From Rhizophagus irregularis (lineage: Eukaryota): a stretch of 64,000 nucleotides of DNA. How positions within the stretch are numbered: the stretch's first letter is position 1; the number at the start of each line of letters is the position of its first letter. The stretch is from positions 930,001 to 994,000 of the forward strand of contig NC_089430.1 in NCBI RefSeq assembly GCF_026210795.1, in the 5' to 3' direction. The notes under the pieces were generated by a model. That model was not told the DNA's origin and ran no database searches. It saw only the letters and a list, made by a program, of their open reading frames with translations. The position numbers and the translations under genes were made by a program. Positions 52,349 through 63,195 of the stretch are shown here, one piece after another.

Positions 52349-55300
52349 CACTGGTCGAATGAAGGGCTACCGGGTAAATTTCATATACCCGATAGCCCTA
52401 TTATATGTTTTCGATTTTAACCTGAATGGCAGCTGATCGATCCACCCGATTTGTGACCGGTTCTCGGCGCAGATCAGGTATAAGTCATGTGACTTTCAGG
52501 TTAGAACATAACGGTAAAGTGCTATATGAATATCGGGAGAATTTCAGCAATCCGATATTTCTCCGAACTATTTATAATATTAGATGTATATTTGCTACAT
52601 CGAAACCCGAAACTTATTATTTATTCATTTATATATACTATATATTATTCATTTATTTATTTATTTAACATAATAACATATATATATATTTATTTTATTT
52701 ATTATATTTTTAAAAATTATTTTTAAAAATTCGTTAATTTATCCTATTCTATCTATCTACATTATGTTGTTAATGGTTTGGAATATTATTCCAGTTGGTT
52801 CGATTCCAACAAACAACTATTTTTCCCAAAGTTTTTATGCCAACTCTTCCGAACTATTGCCTACTAATACCAAACGAATTAAGCAGAAGATGGATATTAG
52901 ATTGTGGTGGATTAGGTTGATTTTGACTTGGTAAAATTGTGAGTGAAATATTATTTCGTTCTCTATAAAAAAAAAGAACGTTTAGTAAACGTTCTTAACG
53001 AAAAATATTAAAAAAAATAAGTTCTGGTACCTTGTGTCAATTTCATCTTGAGCGAATTACCTACAAGAAAACGAAAAAAGTAACGTTAAAAATGTTACAA
53101 AAAAAAATAGAAAAACCCTTCTATTTACCTTTCGTCCAAAGTCCAGTTCGTAATCTTGTCTGGCGTTCCTACTAAAAAAGAAAGAAACGTTAGTACGTTT
53201 CTTTAAAACAATTAAACACCATACACCGCATTATCCCATATACCTAAGTCCAGGTTCTCCCAAATTCCTAGGAGTCCGGTAATCTAAAAAACAAAAAAAG
53301 AAACGTTAATACGTTTCTTTAACATAATTAAACACCAACGCTATACACTTCCCCATATACTTTACCGGGTTCTTCCAAATTCCTAGGAGTCCGGTAACCT
53401 AAAAAAATGAAAAAAAGAAACGTTAATACGTTTCTTTAATACAATTAACGCCATACACTCCTCCCATATATTTTACCGGATTCTTCCAAGTCCGGTAACC
53501 TAAGAAAATGAAAAAAGAAACGTTAGTACGTTTCTTTAACACAATCAAACGTCATACGCCACCCATATATTATACCGAGACTTCCAAGTTCCTAGGAGTC
53601 CGGTAACCTAAAAAAATTGAAAAAAAGAACGTTCGATACGTTTCTTTAACAGCCCCCATATATCTAAATCCGATTTATTGAAAAAAAATATTTAGTTTCG
53701 ACAAAAAAACTTACCGAATTTAAATACCGAGCTCAACAAATCCTACAAAAAAAGAAAAAGAAACGTTAAAACGTTTCTTAATAAAAATAAAGTTTCGTAA
53801 CGATTTTCGTTACGAAACTTACCATTTCGACCTTAGAGTACCGGAGCGGCGGAGCCTACAGATTCTACAAAAAAAATAATAAGAACGTTAGAAACGTTCT
53901 TTGAAAAATAAAAAAAATATTGAAAGTTTGAAACTTACCCTCTCTTAGGCCTTAGCATCCCAGTCCGGTATAAAAGTCGAAGGGAGCCTACAAAAATAAA
54001 TAAAGAAACATTAGTAACGTTTCTTTAAAAAAAAAATAAAAAAAAGAATCGAAGTTTCAAAACGAAACTTCGAAACCTAACCGAAATCCAATATCCAGAG
54101 AGTATCTACAAAAAAAGAAGAAACGTTAATATAACGTTTCTTACAAAAAAAAGAATAAAAAAAGATTGTTTCGCAACGTTTAAACTTACCGTTTCGAAAC
54201 ACCGAGCCGAACACTTGAACCTACAAAAAAGAGAGAAACGTTAATATAACGTTTCTCAAAGAAAAAAATTTTTTAAGTTTCGTAACGTAACTAAACGTCG
54301 CGAAACTCACCGTCATTTCGAATTTCACAAGGCCGAAATACTTGAACCTACAAAAAAAGAGAGAAACGTTAATATAACGTTTCTTACAAAAAAATAAATA
54401 AAAAATAAGTTTCGCGTTGTGAAACTTACCATTCGAGGTTTGCCATTTCGAAGCTCCCCACTTGAACCTACAAAAAAAGAGAGAAACGTCAGAATAACGT
54501 TTCTCAAACTCTCAAAGAAAAAAATTGTAAGTTTCGCAACGCGCTGCGAAACTTACCGTTCGTTTCGTTGAAAAATGAAAAAAGATATTTTGAAGTATAC
54601 TTGAAGTATATCTTCGAAATGTCGAATTTAATTTCGTCCGTCTAAGGAGCCGCCCAAAAGAAACCGAACCTAAAAGAAAAAAAACGAAACGTTAATAAAC
54701 GTTTCGTTGAAAAAAAAACAAAAAAAAATATATTTCGAAGTATACTTCAAGTATACCTTCGAAATGTCGAGTAAGGAGCCGCCCAAAGAAGTCGAACCTA
54801 AAAAAGCAAAAAAAACGAAGCGTTAATAAACGTTTCGTTGAAAAAAAAAACCCAAAAAGAAAGACATTTTGAAGTATATATACCTTCAAAATGTCTTATT
54901 GATTTCCGTCCGTCCAAGAAGCCAAGAAGCCGCCCAAAGAAGCCGAACCTAAAAGAAAAGAAACGAAACGTTAATAAACGTTTCGTTAGTCGAAAAACAA
55001 AAAAATAATTATTTCGAAGTATACTCGAAGTATACCTTCGAAATATCGAGTTCCGTCTCCAAGGAGCTGCCCAGCCGAACCTAAAAAAGCAAAAAAAACG
55101 AAGCGTTAATAAACGTTTCGCTAGTCGAAAAAATAAAAAAATAAATTATTTCGAAGAAGTATACCTTCGAAATGTCAAATTCCGAACCTATACCTTCGGC
55201 GTTCTGGACCTAAAAAATAAAAAAGAATATTAGTGCTAACGTTCATTAAAACAAATAAAAAAAAATTTTTTGCTTACTCCGGAAGACTGGAACTAATTTA

Positions 55301-55867
55301 GATACCGGTATATGTCTTCGGCTTCCTTAAAGTCTCCAAGAGTCCGGCATTTCCTTCAAAAGAAAAGAAGTCCGGAGACTACTAAAGTGAAACTTTTTAA
55401 TCCGTTTCTGCATGTTGCAGATTATATTCCGAACGTTGGACGAGCTTGCCAGAAGTTAGAAATTTGATTTCGAGTTAAATATTTGGTTCTTCAAAAGGTG
55501 TGATAAAAATTTATTTATTTAAAGTATTGTAAGAAAAAAGTTAAAAAAAAATTAACTTTAAAGTGTAAAAAAAAAAAGTTTATCAATTAAAAAAAAGATC
55601 GAAGATTTTTGTGGGAATAGAAATAATTACATGCCGTAAATTATTCCAATGACCTATCAGACTACTGATAGGTATAATAAAATTTTCTGATATTTTAATG
55701 ATATGTCTTTAAAAAATCAGATTTTTTTCATAAAATATTATTAAACATTTCAGATTACCGATACTTGTAAATGTTTAATATTGCCTATCATGCCATATCG
55801 GGTTTCTGATTATTTCCTGATATTTGACCAATACGTTATTACCCGATATTTCATCATTTGACCAGTG
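52349..55867. mobile_element. Non-autonomous CACTA element E (CACTG termini) with intron-array cargo
   Basis: TIR cactggtcgaatga / tcatttgaccagtg; TSD tgc at 52346-52348 and 55868-55870. Confidence 0.92.
52700..55500 (-). ncRNA. Second putative multi-intron non-coding transcript (about 19 introns); ends approximate
   Basis: On the plus strand, recurring cctac/cctaa-A-run-gaaacgtta..cgtttc...cttacc/tatacc, i.e. minus-strand GT...branch...YAG units every 110-150 bp. Confidence 0.6.
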
Positions 55868-56760
55868 TGCCCTATCATCGTTTGTCAAACTACCGGTCAC
55901 TTTAATGCTTACCTTGGGTTTAGAAGAGAAATTGACAGGTTCGAGTTGCTCTCCTATAATACAGGCGATTGTGTTTAGTTCTACGTCTGTGTCAGAACTC
56001 TTTTTGGTACTTTGAGTACTTACGTGATTAGATGAATTATTTGGCGCCGAGTTGTCATTCTCATCGTCCTCCACATTGTCTAATACATCCTCTGGGTGGA
56101 CTTCAGTGGGTGTAACATTCCAGAGGTCGAACATGTCCAAGTTTTCCCTGTCGATGGTCGAGCTGAGAGAGAGATAGGCCCAGAAGACTTGGTGGTGTCT
56201 GACATTACTTTTCATTCGTCATACGACTATAACCTGTTCTACAAATTCTAGACCATGTAACATGGTCGCTGCTTTGTATGTGGTATGTTTCCTGGAATCT
56301 GTGAAGTCATATTTTAGTACTATCTCATCAGTAGCTTGGAAGTCCGTGAAAGCCTTTTTATCAGTATGCTGCATACTATTTGTTCCTCTGGGGTCAGTTA
56401 CTGAAGAGGCTGAACTATTTTGTCTCGGAGAGTTGGCACTATTCTGGTGGGGGCATTTTGTTTTCGATGAGTTTGGATCGTTTGTTTTCTCAGTCTGCGT
56501 TTTATCTGAATTTCCCATTAAGTCGTGTATCGCATTCCCAAAAGACTATCTTTTGTAGTCTGGTATTTTTTGGGAGGTTAGACACGGGTTTATTTTTTTC
56601 GTCAGTGTTTGGTGGACCATCACCTTCTGGCTCCGTTGCTGACGGATTGGAGATGTTATCGTTTTTTACATTTTTTTCAGGGTGCTTTGTTGGACGATTT
56701 CCAGGCATGTACTTATCTAGCAAATGATTGTGGCATGTGTTCAATTGCCTGTCAAAAAAT
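55868..56760 (-). pseudogene. Frameshifted gene relic interrupted by element E
   Basis: Three consecutive minus-strand ORFs (80, 99 and 146 aa); the frame continues across the TSD as ...TNDDRA|VTIDDVVYPVPNPEFG* below 52348. Confidence 0.45.
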
Positions 56761-57693
56761 TTTATGTCCCCGCCTGCTTTCGAAATCTATCTATAACAGG
56801 TAGCATTGCTATGTTGGAAGCGGACGAGGAAAAAAAAATAATTATGTCTGATGCCCGTGGAAGGCGTAAATTGACAGCTTTCTTCTAGTTCAACAGAACT
56901 GTTACCGAAATATAGTTGCTGAGAAACTGCTAGGAACATGATGTGAAATGAAATTGACCACGGCAATACAAGCGAGCATTTGTTTTAGCCTATCGATTTG
57001 ATAGAATACGCAGTGTATTGTTGAGTCCAAGGAGGATCAAAACAGACCATTGACAGCACTAAATACGCAAACCTTGTGTCTATTAAGAACTCATAGTACG
57101 GTGGTGATCAGTCCTCCATTATTTCATGGAATGGGCCAAAGGCCCCTCGTTCCTCGAAAAATCATTTCCCTTGGAAGGTCCATACATGGACTGGAGATTA
57201 ATTGGTATACAAGTCGTCAGGCTGGATGTGGGAGGTGCAAGCACCACCCACCTCCAGGTCTACGACCCGTCGCAGTACCTATATGGCCCCTACGGGGCTC
57301 AGGAATCCCCTATATCTGTCACCATCTGTCATTAACATCTGTCATATAACAATATACTAAAAAAGGATAAAATAAGGGAAAAGAGAGGAAAATACAATAG
57401 AATCAGAGAGGTATGACAGATATGACGGATATGACAGATGTTTCAGAAAAATTGGGAGAGGATATCTCCAGAAAAAAGTTTTGATTTTACCCCCAGATCT
57501 GTCATTCTGTCATAGTTCTGGGATTCAGTCTATTCATCTGTCGGAAGCAGTGAGATAGCAAACCAGGTAAGTTAGCAGGTAAGCCCCTAGAAGGTTTATA
57601 GAGCCAGTAAGACCAACCCTGTCCCGCCCCCATCAGAAAAAATAAGTAATTGAACAATGGGTATAATATAAGTAACCTATAAGGACAGATAAC

Positions 57694-58062
57694 ATGTATA
57701 CCCCGCACGCAGTATCAGTAATTCCCGAACTTGTAGGCCATATCCCGGAACTCATTCCAAGTAGCAATTTTGGGTCACATCTTTTAGAAGTCAGCCCAAT
57801 CTGGAAAGCCGAAGCTGAACGAGTACTCTGGAAGCGGCATAAAAAAGCCAAGGAGGCATACGACAGGGCAGTAGAAAAGAAGGAAAAAGCAAATGATGCT
57901 CTTGGTCGATCGGAGGAGGAGGATAATAGAAATCGTGACCTCCGTGAACTTGAATGGATGGCGTATCAAAAGGCTTGTAAAGAGTTAACGGACACTAGAA
58001 AAGAGCTAACTATAGTAAAAGGAGCTCTTGAGCGGTTTGGATTTCAGATATATGTAGTTTGA
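57694..58062 (+). CDS. 122-aa helical protein of the virus-like element
   Basis: Homologous to 59943-60380 (EAYDRAVEKKEKA.DALG...YQK.CKELTD.RKE...ALER.GF). Confidence 0.7.
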   Translation: MYTPHAVSVIPELVGHIPELIPSSNFGSHLLEVSPIWKAEAERVLWKRHKKAKEAYDRAVEKKEKANDALGRSEEEDNRNRDLRELEWMAYQKACKELTDTRKELTIVKGALERFGFQIYVV

Positions 58063-58280
58063 AAAAGGGGAAGGGAAGATTTAGAGCAGTCGTAAAGGTT
58101 CGTGGTTTATAATTTTTTTTTACCCCTAGAAGATAACCAGATATGACCGGAGGACCACAGAACCGCAGGACTATAGGACTACAGGAGGTAACCAAGTAGG
58201 AGTGCAGATCTTTGGAAAAATTATTCGGCAATTGAAGATTAGGTAACTATAAATTAGTACTTGATTTGATAGAACAAAAA

Positions 58281-59366
58281 ATGACTGCCCAAACTAGCAC
58301 TCAAGCTCAAGTTATCCCCAAGTTCAGTGAACAAAAGAAGGCTTTTAGTATTGATGAGCTTAAACGGCTCATTAACGCTGCAAAGAATATAAGGGATCTC
58401 AATCAAGCTAAAGGTTATCTTTGCAGTTACTTTATCCCCTGCTCCAACCCGCATGGAGTCTTCAAGTGGCGATCAGAAATCAAAAACCTTGAGCACATCC
58501 CTGATAAAAATATTAATAAACTTATCCGTCCAATTACCAAAGTCTTTTACACACAATCTGAACAGGGTCCTTCACAAAAGGTTGAATTTAATATCAACAA
58601 ATGGTTTATGATCGAATATAGTACTGTATGTGTAGCTACCTGTGACCCTCAAAAATTCCGTATCTTTAAACTAGGTGGCCAACTTTATCTCAATATCTTT
58701 CCAGGATTCCTCCATATCCTGCGTCCGATATCTACTTTTGAATCTACAACCCACCTCGCGGTTAAATTTATCTTCTCTCACATTCAGGATATCTGGTGTT
58801 CAGGCGATTGGAATCTTACTGAGTATATCATAAAGTGGTTGGCCGGTGTGGCAGCTGGAAGGAAAATGTATTCGATTCTCTACCTGAAATCTGGACAGGG
58901 TTGGGGTAAGAGTATTATAACAGATTTCATTCAACGTAGTGTCTTAGGTACTCAACTTGTTTATAAGACCAGCGATCTTCAAACGATTCTTGGAAGTTTC
59001 AATGGGCAATTACAAGGTAAGGTTCTTCTCCTTCTCGAGAAAATGCCTACAGAAAAAAGCCAGTGGAATAATCTGTATCGATCGTTAAAGGATAAGGTAA
59101 CAGGTGACATAATGGAAATCCATGAAAAATACAAGACGCCAACACATTACAAAAACTTTATATCCACCATTGTACTCACTAATGAAAATGCTCTCAGAGT
59201 GGAGAATGACGATAGGCGCACAGTGTTCTTGGATGTGTCACCATCCCGCAAGGGAGACCTCAACTACTTTAAGAAACTCAGTGACGCTATGAAATACCTA
59301 GGCGCCAGTGAGGCATTCTATGCTTACTTGAGAGCCATTGCAGATGCTTACCCAGACTTCAATGGG
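58281..59366 (+). pseudogene. D5-like SF3 helicase (DUF5906/NrS-1-like), truncated by insertion
   Basis: LNIFPGF, IWCSGD...YIIKWLA, Walker A SGQGWGKS, FNGQLQGKVLLLLE, LTN...DDRR. Confidence 0.85.
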
Positions 59367-59942
59367 AGTCGTCGGGCTGGATGTGGGAGGTGCAAGCACC
59401 ACCCACCTCCGGGTCTACGACCCGTCGCAGTACCTATATCCCCCCTACGGGGGATCAGGAATCCCCCATATATACTACTACCATGGCCACAGTGGCCATG
59501 GCTGGTCACACTACTTTCCAACTCCTTTTTTTTATCCATTTTTTCTTATATATAAAACTACTATGACCACTATGACCACTATGACCAGACTACTAAAAAG
59601 TGGATAAAAACGCGAATAAAGCTGAAATCAGACAGAATATCCGGTCATAGTACTGGCCACAGTTCAAAAAACTTATGATAATACTATGGCCACCTTAGTT
59701 AGCCCCTCAGGCTCCAAAACCCGATTTAAGCTATGACCACCCTTTATCTACTTACCTGAGACACCGAACTATGCCACCGAACTATGACCGCCGAACTATG
59801 ACCACCGAACTATGACCGCCGAACTATGACCACCCTTTATCTACATACCTGGGACACCAAACTATGACCGCCGAACTATGACCACTTTCCCCGTCAGAAA
59901 AAATAAGTAATTGAACAATGGGTATACCATAAGTAATATACA

Positions 59943-60380
59943 ATGATGAACTTACACGCAGCCACTTATCTTGCCGAAGACCTCGGACTTGATCTTGTAG
60001 ACATCTATGGAATCCGTAAATGGATCCAAATGCGGGCATCGCCCCTCAACGACCCGGATATAGTAGCAGAAATAGTCAGAAACCTTCCGGCCAAAGAATT
60101 CGGAAAGCACCTCAAGATAAACAGACTCTGGTACAACTGTTGTAAAGCCGAGTTGTGGAAGCGATATGAGAAAGCCGAGGAGGCATACGACAGGGCAGTA
60201 GAAAAGAAGGAAAAAGCGGGGGATGCTCTTGGTCAATCATTTGAGGAAGAGGGTATTGGAAATCGTGAACTTCATGAGCTTAATTGGAAGGAGTATCAAA
60301 AGACTTGTAAAGAGTTAACGGACGCTAGAAAAGAGCAAATAATGGTAAGGTGGGCTCTTGAGCGGTGTGGATTTCATTAG
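59943..60380 (+). CDS. 145-aa helical protein of the virus-like element
   Basis: Intact ORF; homologue of 57694-58062. Confidence 0.7.
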   Translation: MMNLHAATYLAEDLGLDLVDIYGIRKWIQMRASPLNDPDIVAEIVRNLPAKEFGKHLKINRLWYNCCKAELWKRYEKAEEAYDRAVEKKEKAGDALGQSFEEEGIGNRELHELNWKEYQKTCKELTDARKEQIMVRWALERCGFH

Positions 60381-60613
60381 ATATACGTGGATTGAAAAGG
60401 GGAAGGGAAGATTTAGAGCAGTCGTAAAGGTTCGTGGTTTATAGTTTTTTTTTACCCCTAGAAGATAACCAGATATAACCGGAGGATCGCAGAACCGCAG
60501 GACCATAGGACTACAGGAGGGTAAATTGGTAGGAGTGCAGATCTTTGGAAAAAATATTCGGCAATTGAAGATTAGGTAACTATAAATTAGTACTCGATTT
60601 GATAGAACAAAAA

Positions 60614-63112
60614 ATGGCCGCTCAAGTTTCAGCAATCTTTAACCCCAACAACCGTTTCTTCTACGATGACCTTCTTAAAAAGTGTATAGGTACACACACA
60701 AAAGAAAGCATCAATTCAGCAATCTCAGCTTCTGTGGCTTTCATCACCACGAAGTCCGGCATGTGGATCAGAAAAAAGAAGGCTTATAATGGAAGCATAT
60801 ACTTCGAGTTTGCTGCAGATCTCAAGGAAATTTCTACTAAGCACAAGGTAAGTATTTGGTCAGATGCAGGAGAAGATGATGGTATGACCACATCCATCAA
60901 GTTAAAGGACCTTCTTATCCAAGCCTCAGTCACAAAGATCTGTTATACAGATGTTAATTTCATGCCTTATCCCCCAAATGCACTAAAGTATAATCCTGAA
61001 TTCTTCAATCTCTTTCTAGGTTTCAGGGCTCAACCCGCTGAGCACATCAAACCGAACCTAGTTAATCCAATCATTCGACATGTTCATGAGGTATGGTGTG
61101 CAGAGGACAAGCAGTTAACCACGTACATCCTCAACTGGCTCGCATTTCTGGTTCAAAATCCTGACAAAAAACCCAGTACAGCAATTATTATGCGCAGTCC
61201 CCCCAGATGTGGTAAGAATATCTTAACCGATTTTATCGGAGAACATATTCTTGGTCGTGAAAACTTTCTCTCCACTACCCGTCTTGAAGATGTAATGGGA
61301 AGGTTCAATGCAGCTGTTCGTGCCAAAAAACTCATTATCCTCAATGAATGTGATATGACAGGAAAGGAATGGCATGGAGCAAATAACCGACTTAAGAGTT
61401 TAATCACTGAGCTTTACATCTCTATCAAGGAAAAGGGAATAGATGTGAAGGTTATTGATGACTTTGCTGGCTACATGATCCTGAGTAATCATGCTATGCC
61501 AATCCGCATAGAAATGGGAGATGAAAGATTTGTAGCTCTTAACGTCTCAGCCAAATATAAGGGCAATCGAGAATACTTCAGTTCTCTAGTAAAAGTATTA
61601 GAAAACACAGATACAGCCAGTTCCTTCATGTCCTATTTACTTAGCCGAGACTTAACTAGCTTCAATCCCCGATCTATTCCTGATACTCAAATGAAACAGG
61701 AGCTAATCGAAGCAAGTATTCCAAATCCCCAGCGTTTCATACAATATTACCTTGAAATGATGTGGCCCGACAATTGTGATACACTTGAAATTCCTTGTAC
61801 AAATTTCTATAGCACTTACCAGAATTGGTGCAGTGAGAAGGGCGAAAACAAAACACTTAGTGATAATAAGTTTGGTATGGAGATTAAGCAATTCATTCCT
61901 AAAACTCGCCCAAGACGTTCAGGTGCTAGAATAAACTATTACATACTAGATAAAGCAAAAATTGCAAAGAATTTTAGTAGAGTAATCCAGGAGACACAAG
62001 ACATACAGGAAGCACAGGTAGATCAAGAGGAAGTGGAGCCAGTTGTTGAGAAACCTGCTGAGGAAAAACCCGCTCCTGTTGAGAAGAAGCCTACTGAAGA
62101 GACCAAAAAGACTCCACCACCAGTACCACTTAAGCCCGATTGCTTGAAGGTAAAACCCGCACCTGTCATCAAAGAGGATCCTATTCCTGAGGAATCTCCA
62201 GCTCCTATAGAATCAGATACTGATGAACCTATAGATAGCTTCTCGAACTGTTATCTATCTGATGAGGAACCTGATCAAGAAAATGAGCCGCCTGCTGAGG
62301 AACCTGCATTTAAAGCTGATGATGACTATGACGTTTTAGATGACTTGCTATCTGACTCAGATTTTACAACTGTGAACCCAGCTCCTGAACAACAACCCGA
62401 GTCTCCCGCAGAATTTTCTGCATCTGTCACTAAGCCTGACCCAGAACCGGCTCCTGAAAAACAATACGAGTCTCCCGCAGAATTTTCTGCATCTGTCACT
62501 AAGCCTGACCCAGAACCGGCTCCTGAAGAACAACCTATCCCAGAACACGACACAGAACTAGAAGTTGACTGGGACCCTGAACCAAAGGAAGGTACTCGAG
62601 CACACTGGGCTTGGCATGAAAGGCACCGATGGGATCGTAAGCCATGGGTCAAGAATTCAAAGGACCAGGTCTTCAATGATCTCTACAATACAGGTAAGGA
62701 TTTATGGGCTAAGTACCAAGACGTGTCAGACGACTATGACTGGGAAATACTCGCGTTTGAAGTAGAGGAATGTCCCACAACACGTATTGAGGACGAGTAC
62801 CAGTACTACCTTAGGGAGGTAGTAGACCGCTTCAAGGACTGGATAGAATATAATGGGTACTTACCTAAAACACCTAGCCGTAAAGAACTCACAGATCTAA
62901 TAAGAGCATATAAGGAGGATCATGATGCCGAGATTATCCCTACCACCTCCGGTTATGAAACTATGAAGATGAATAAGGGTAAAGCACGAGAGATCCCTGA
63001 GGAACGTCCAAAAACTGATATGGAACGTGAATGGGAAGCCGCCAATGGAATTGTCGACGACTGGGATGAAGAGGATCTTGATCGTGTATGCAGCAAGATT
63101 GACTCCTTTTAA
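60614..63112 (+). CDS. D5-like SF3 helicase (DUF5906/NrS-1-like) with winged-helix region and long acidic/Pro-rich tail, 832 aa
   Basis: FNLFLGF, VWCAED...YILNWLA, Walker A SPPRCGKN, Walker B LIILNE, LSNH...DERF, YSTYQNWC...NKFG; 69-bp tandem duplication at about 62399-62530. Confidence 0.88.
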   Translation: MAAQVSAIFNPNNRFFYDDLLKKCIGTHTKESINSAISASVAFITTKSGMWIRKKKAYNGSIYFEFAADLKEISTKHKVSIWSDAGEDDGMTTSIKLKDLLIQASVTKICYTDVNFMPYPPNALKYNPEFFNLFLGFRAQPAEHIKPNLVNPIIRHVHEVWCAEDKQLTTYILNWLAFLVQNPDKKPSTAIIMRSPPRCGKNILTDFIGEHILGRENFLSTTRLEDVMGRFNAAVRAKKLIILNECDMTGKEWHGANNRLKSLITELYISIKEKGIDVKVIDDFAGYMILSNHAMPIRIEMGDERFVALNVSAKYKGNREYFSSLVKVLENTDTASSFMSYLLSRDLTSFNPRSIPDTQMKQELIEASIPNPQRFIQYYLEMMWPDNCDTLEIPCTNFYSTYQNWCSEKGENKTLSDNKFGMEIKQFIPKTRPRRSGARINYYILDKAKIAKNFSRVIQETQDIQEAQVDQEEVEPVVEKPAEEKPAPVEKKPTEETKKTPPPVPLKPDCLKVKPAPVIKEDPIPEESPAPIESDTDEPIDSFSNCYLSDEEPDQENEPPAEEPAFKADDDYDVLDDLLSDSDFTTVNPAPEQQPESPAEFSASVTKPDPEPAPEKQYESPAEFSASVTKPDPEPAPEEQPIPEHDTELEVDWDPEPKEGTRAHWAWHERHRWDRKPWVKNSKDQVFNDLYNTGKDLWAKYQDVSDDYDWEILAFEVEECPTTRIEDEYQYYLREVVDRFKDWIEYNGYLPKTPSRKELTDLIRAYKEDHDAEIIPTTSGYETMKMNKGKAREIPEERPKTDMEREWEAANGIVDDWDEEDLDRVCSKIDSF

Positions 63113-63195
63113 TAAGATAAGCACTTCTTAGTTATCTTATATTTTTTGTATAAATAACCTATATTACAACTGAACACAATTCATAAATACATCAA

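Larger units (their letters stand above)
57212..59366 (+). mobile_element. Virus-like/Polinton-like element, copy 1 (left part, interrupted by copy 2)
   Basis: Begins agtcgtc; same terminal ~100 bp, small ORF and intergenic block as copy 2; helicase truncated at 59366. Confidence 0.7.

Noticed and set aside
55775..55867. C-terminal part of the 146-aa ORF
   Set aside because: Read-through into the TIR of element E
59367..59555. C-terminus of the 429-aa helicase ORF (SRRAGCGRCKH...)
   Set aside because: Read-through into the terminus of the inserted second element
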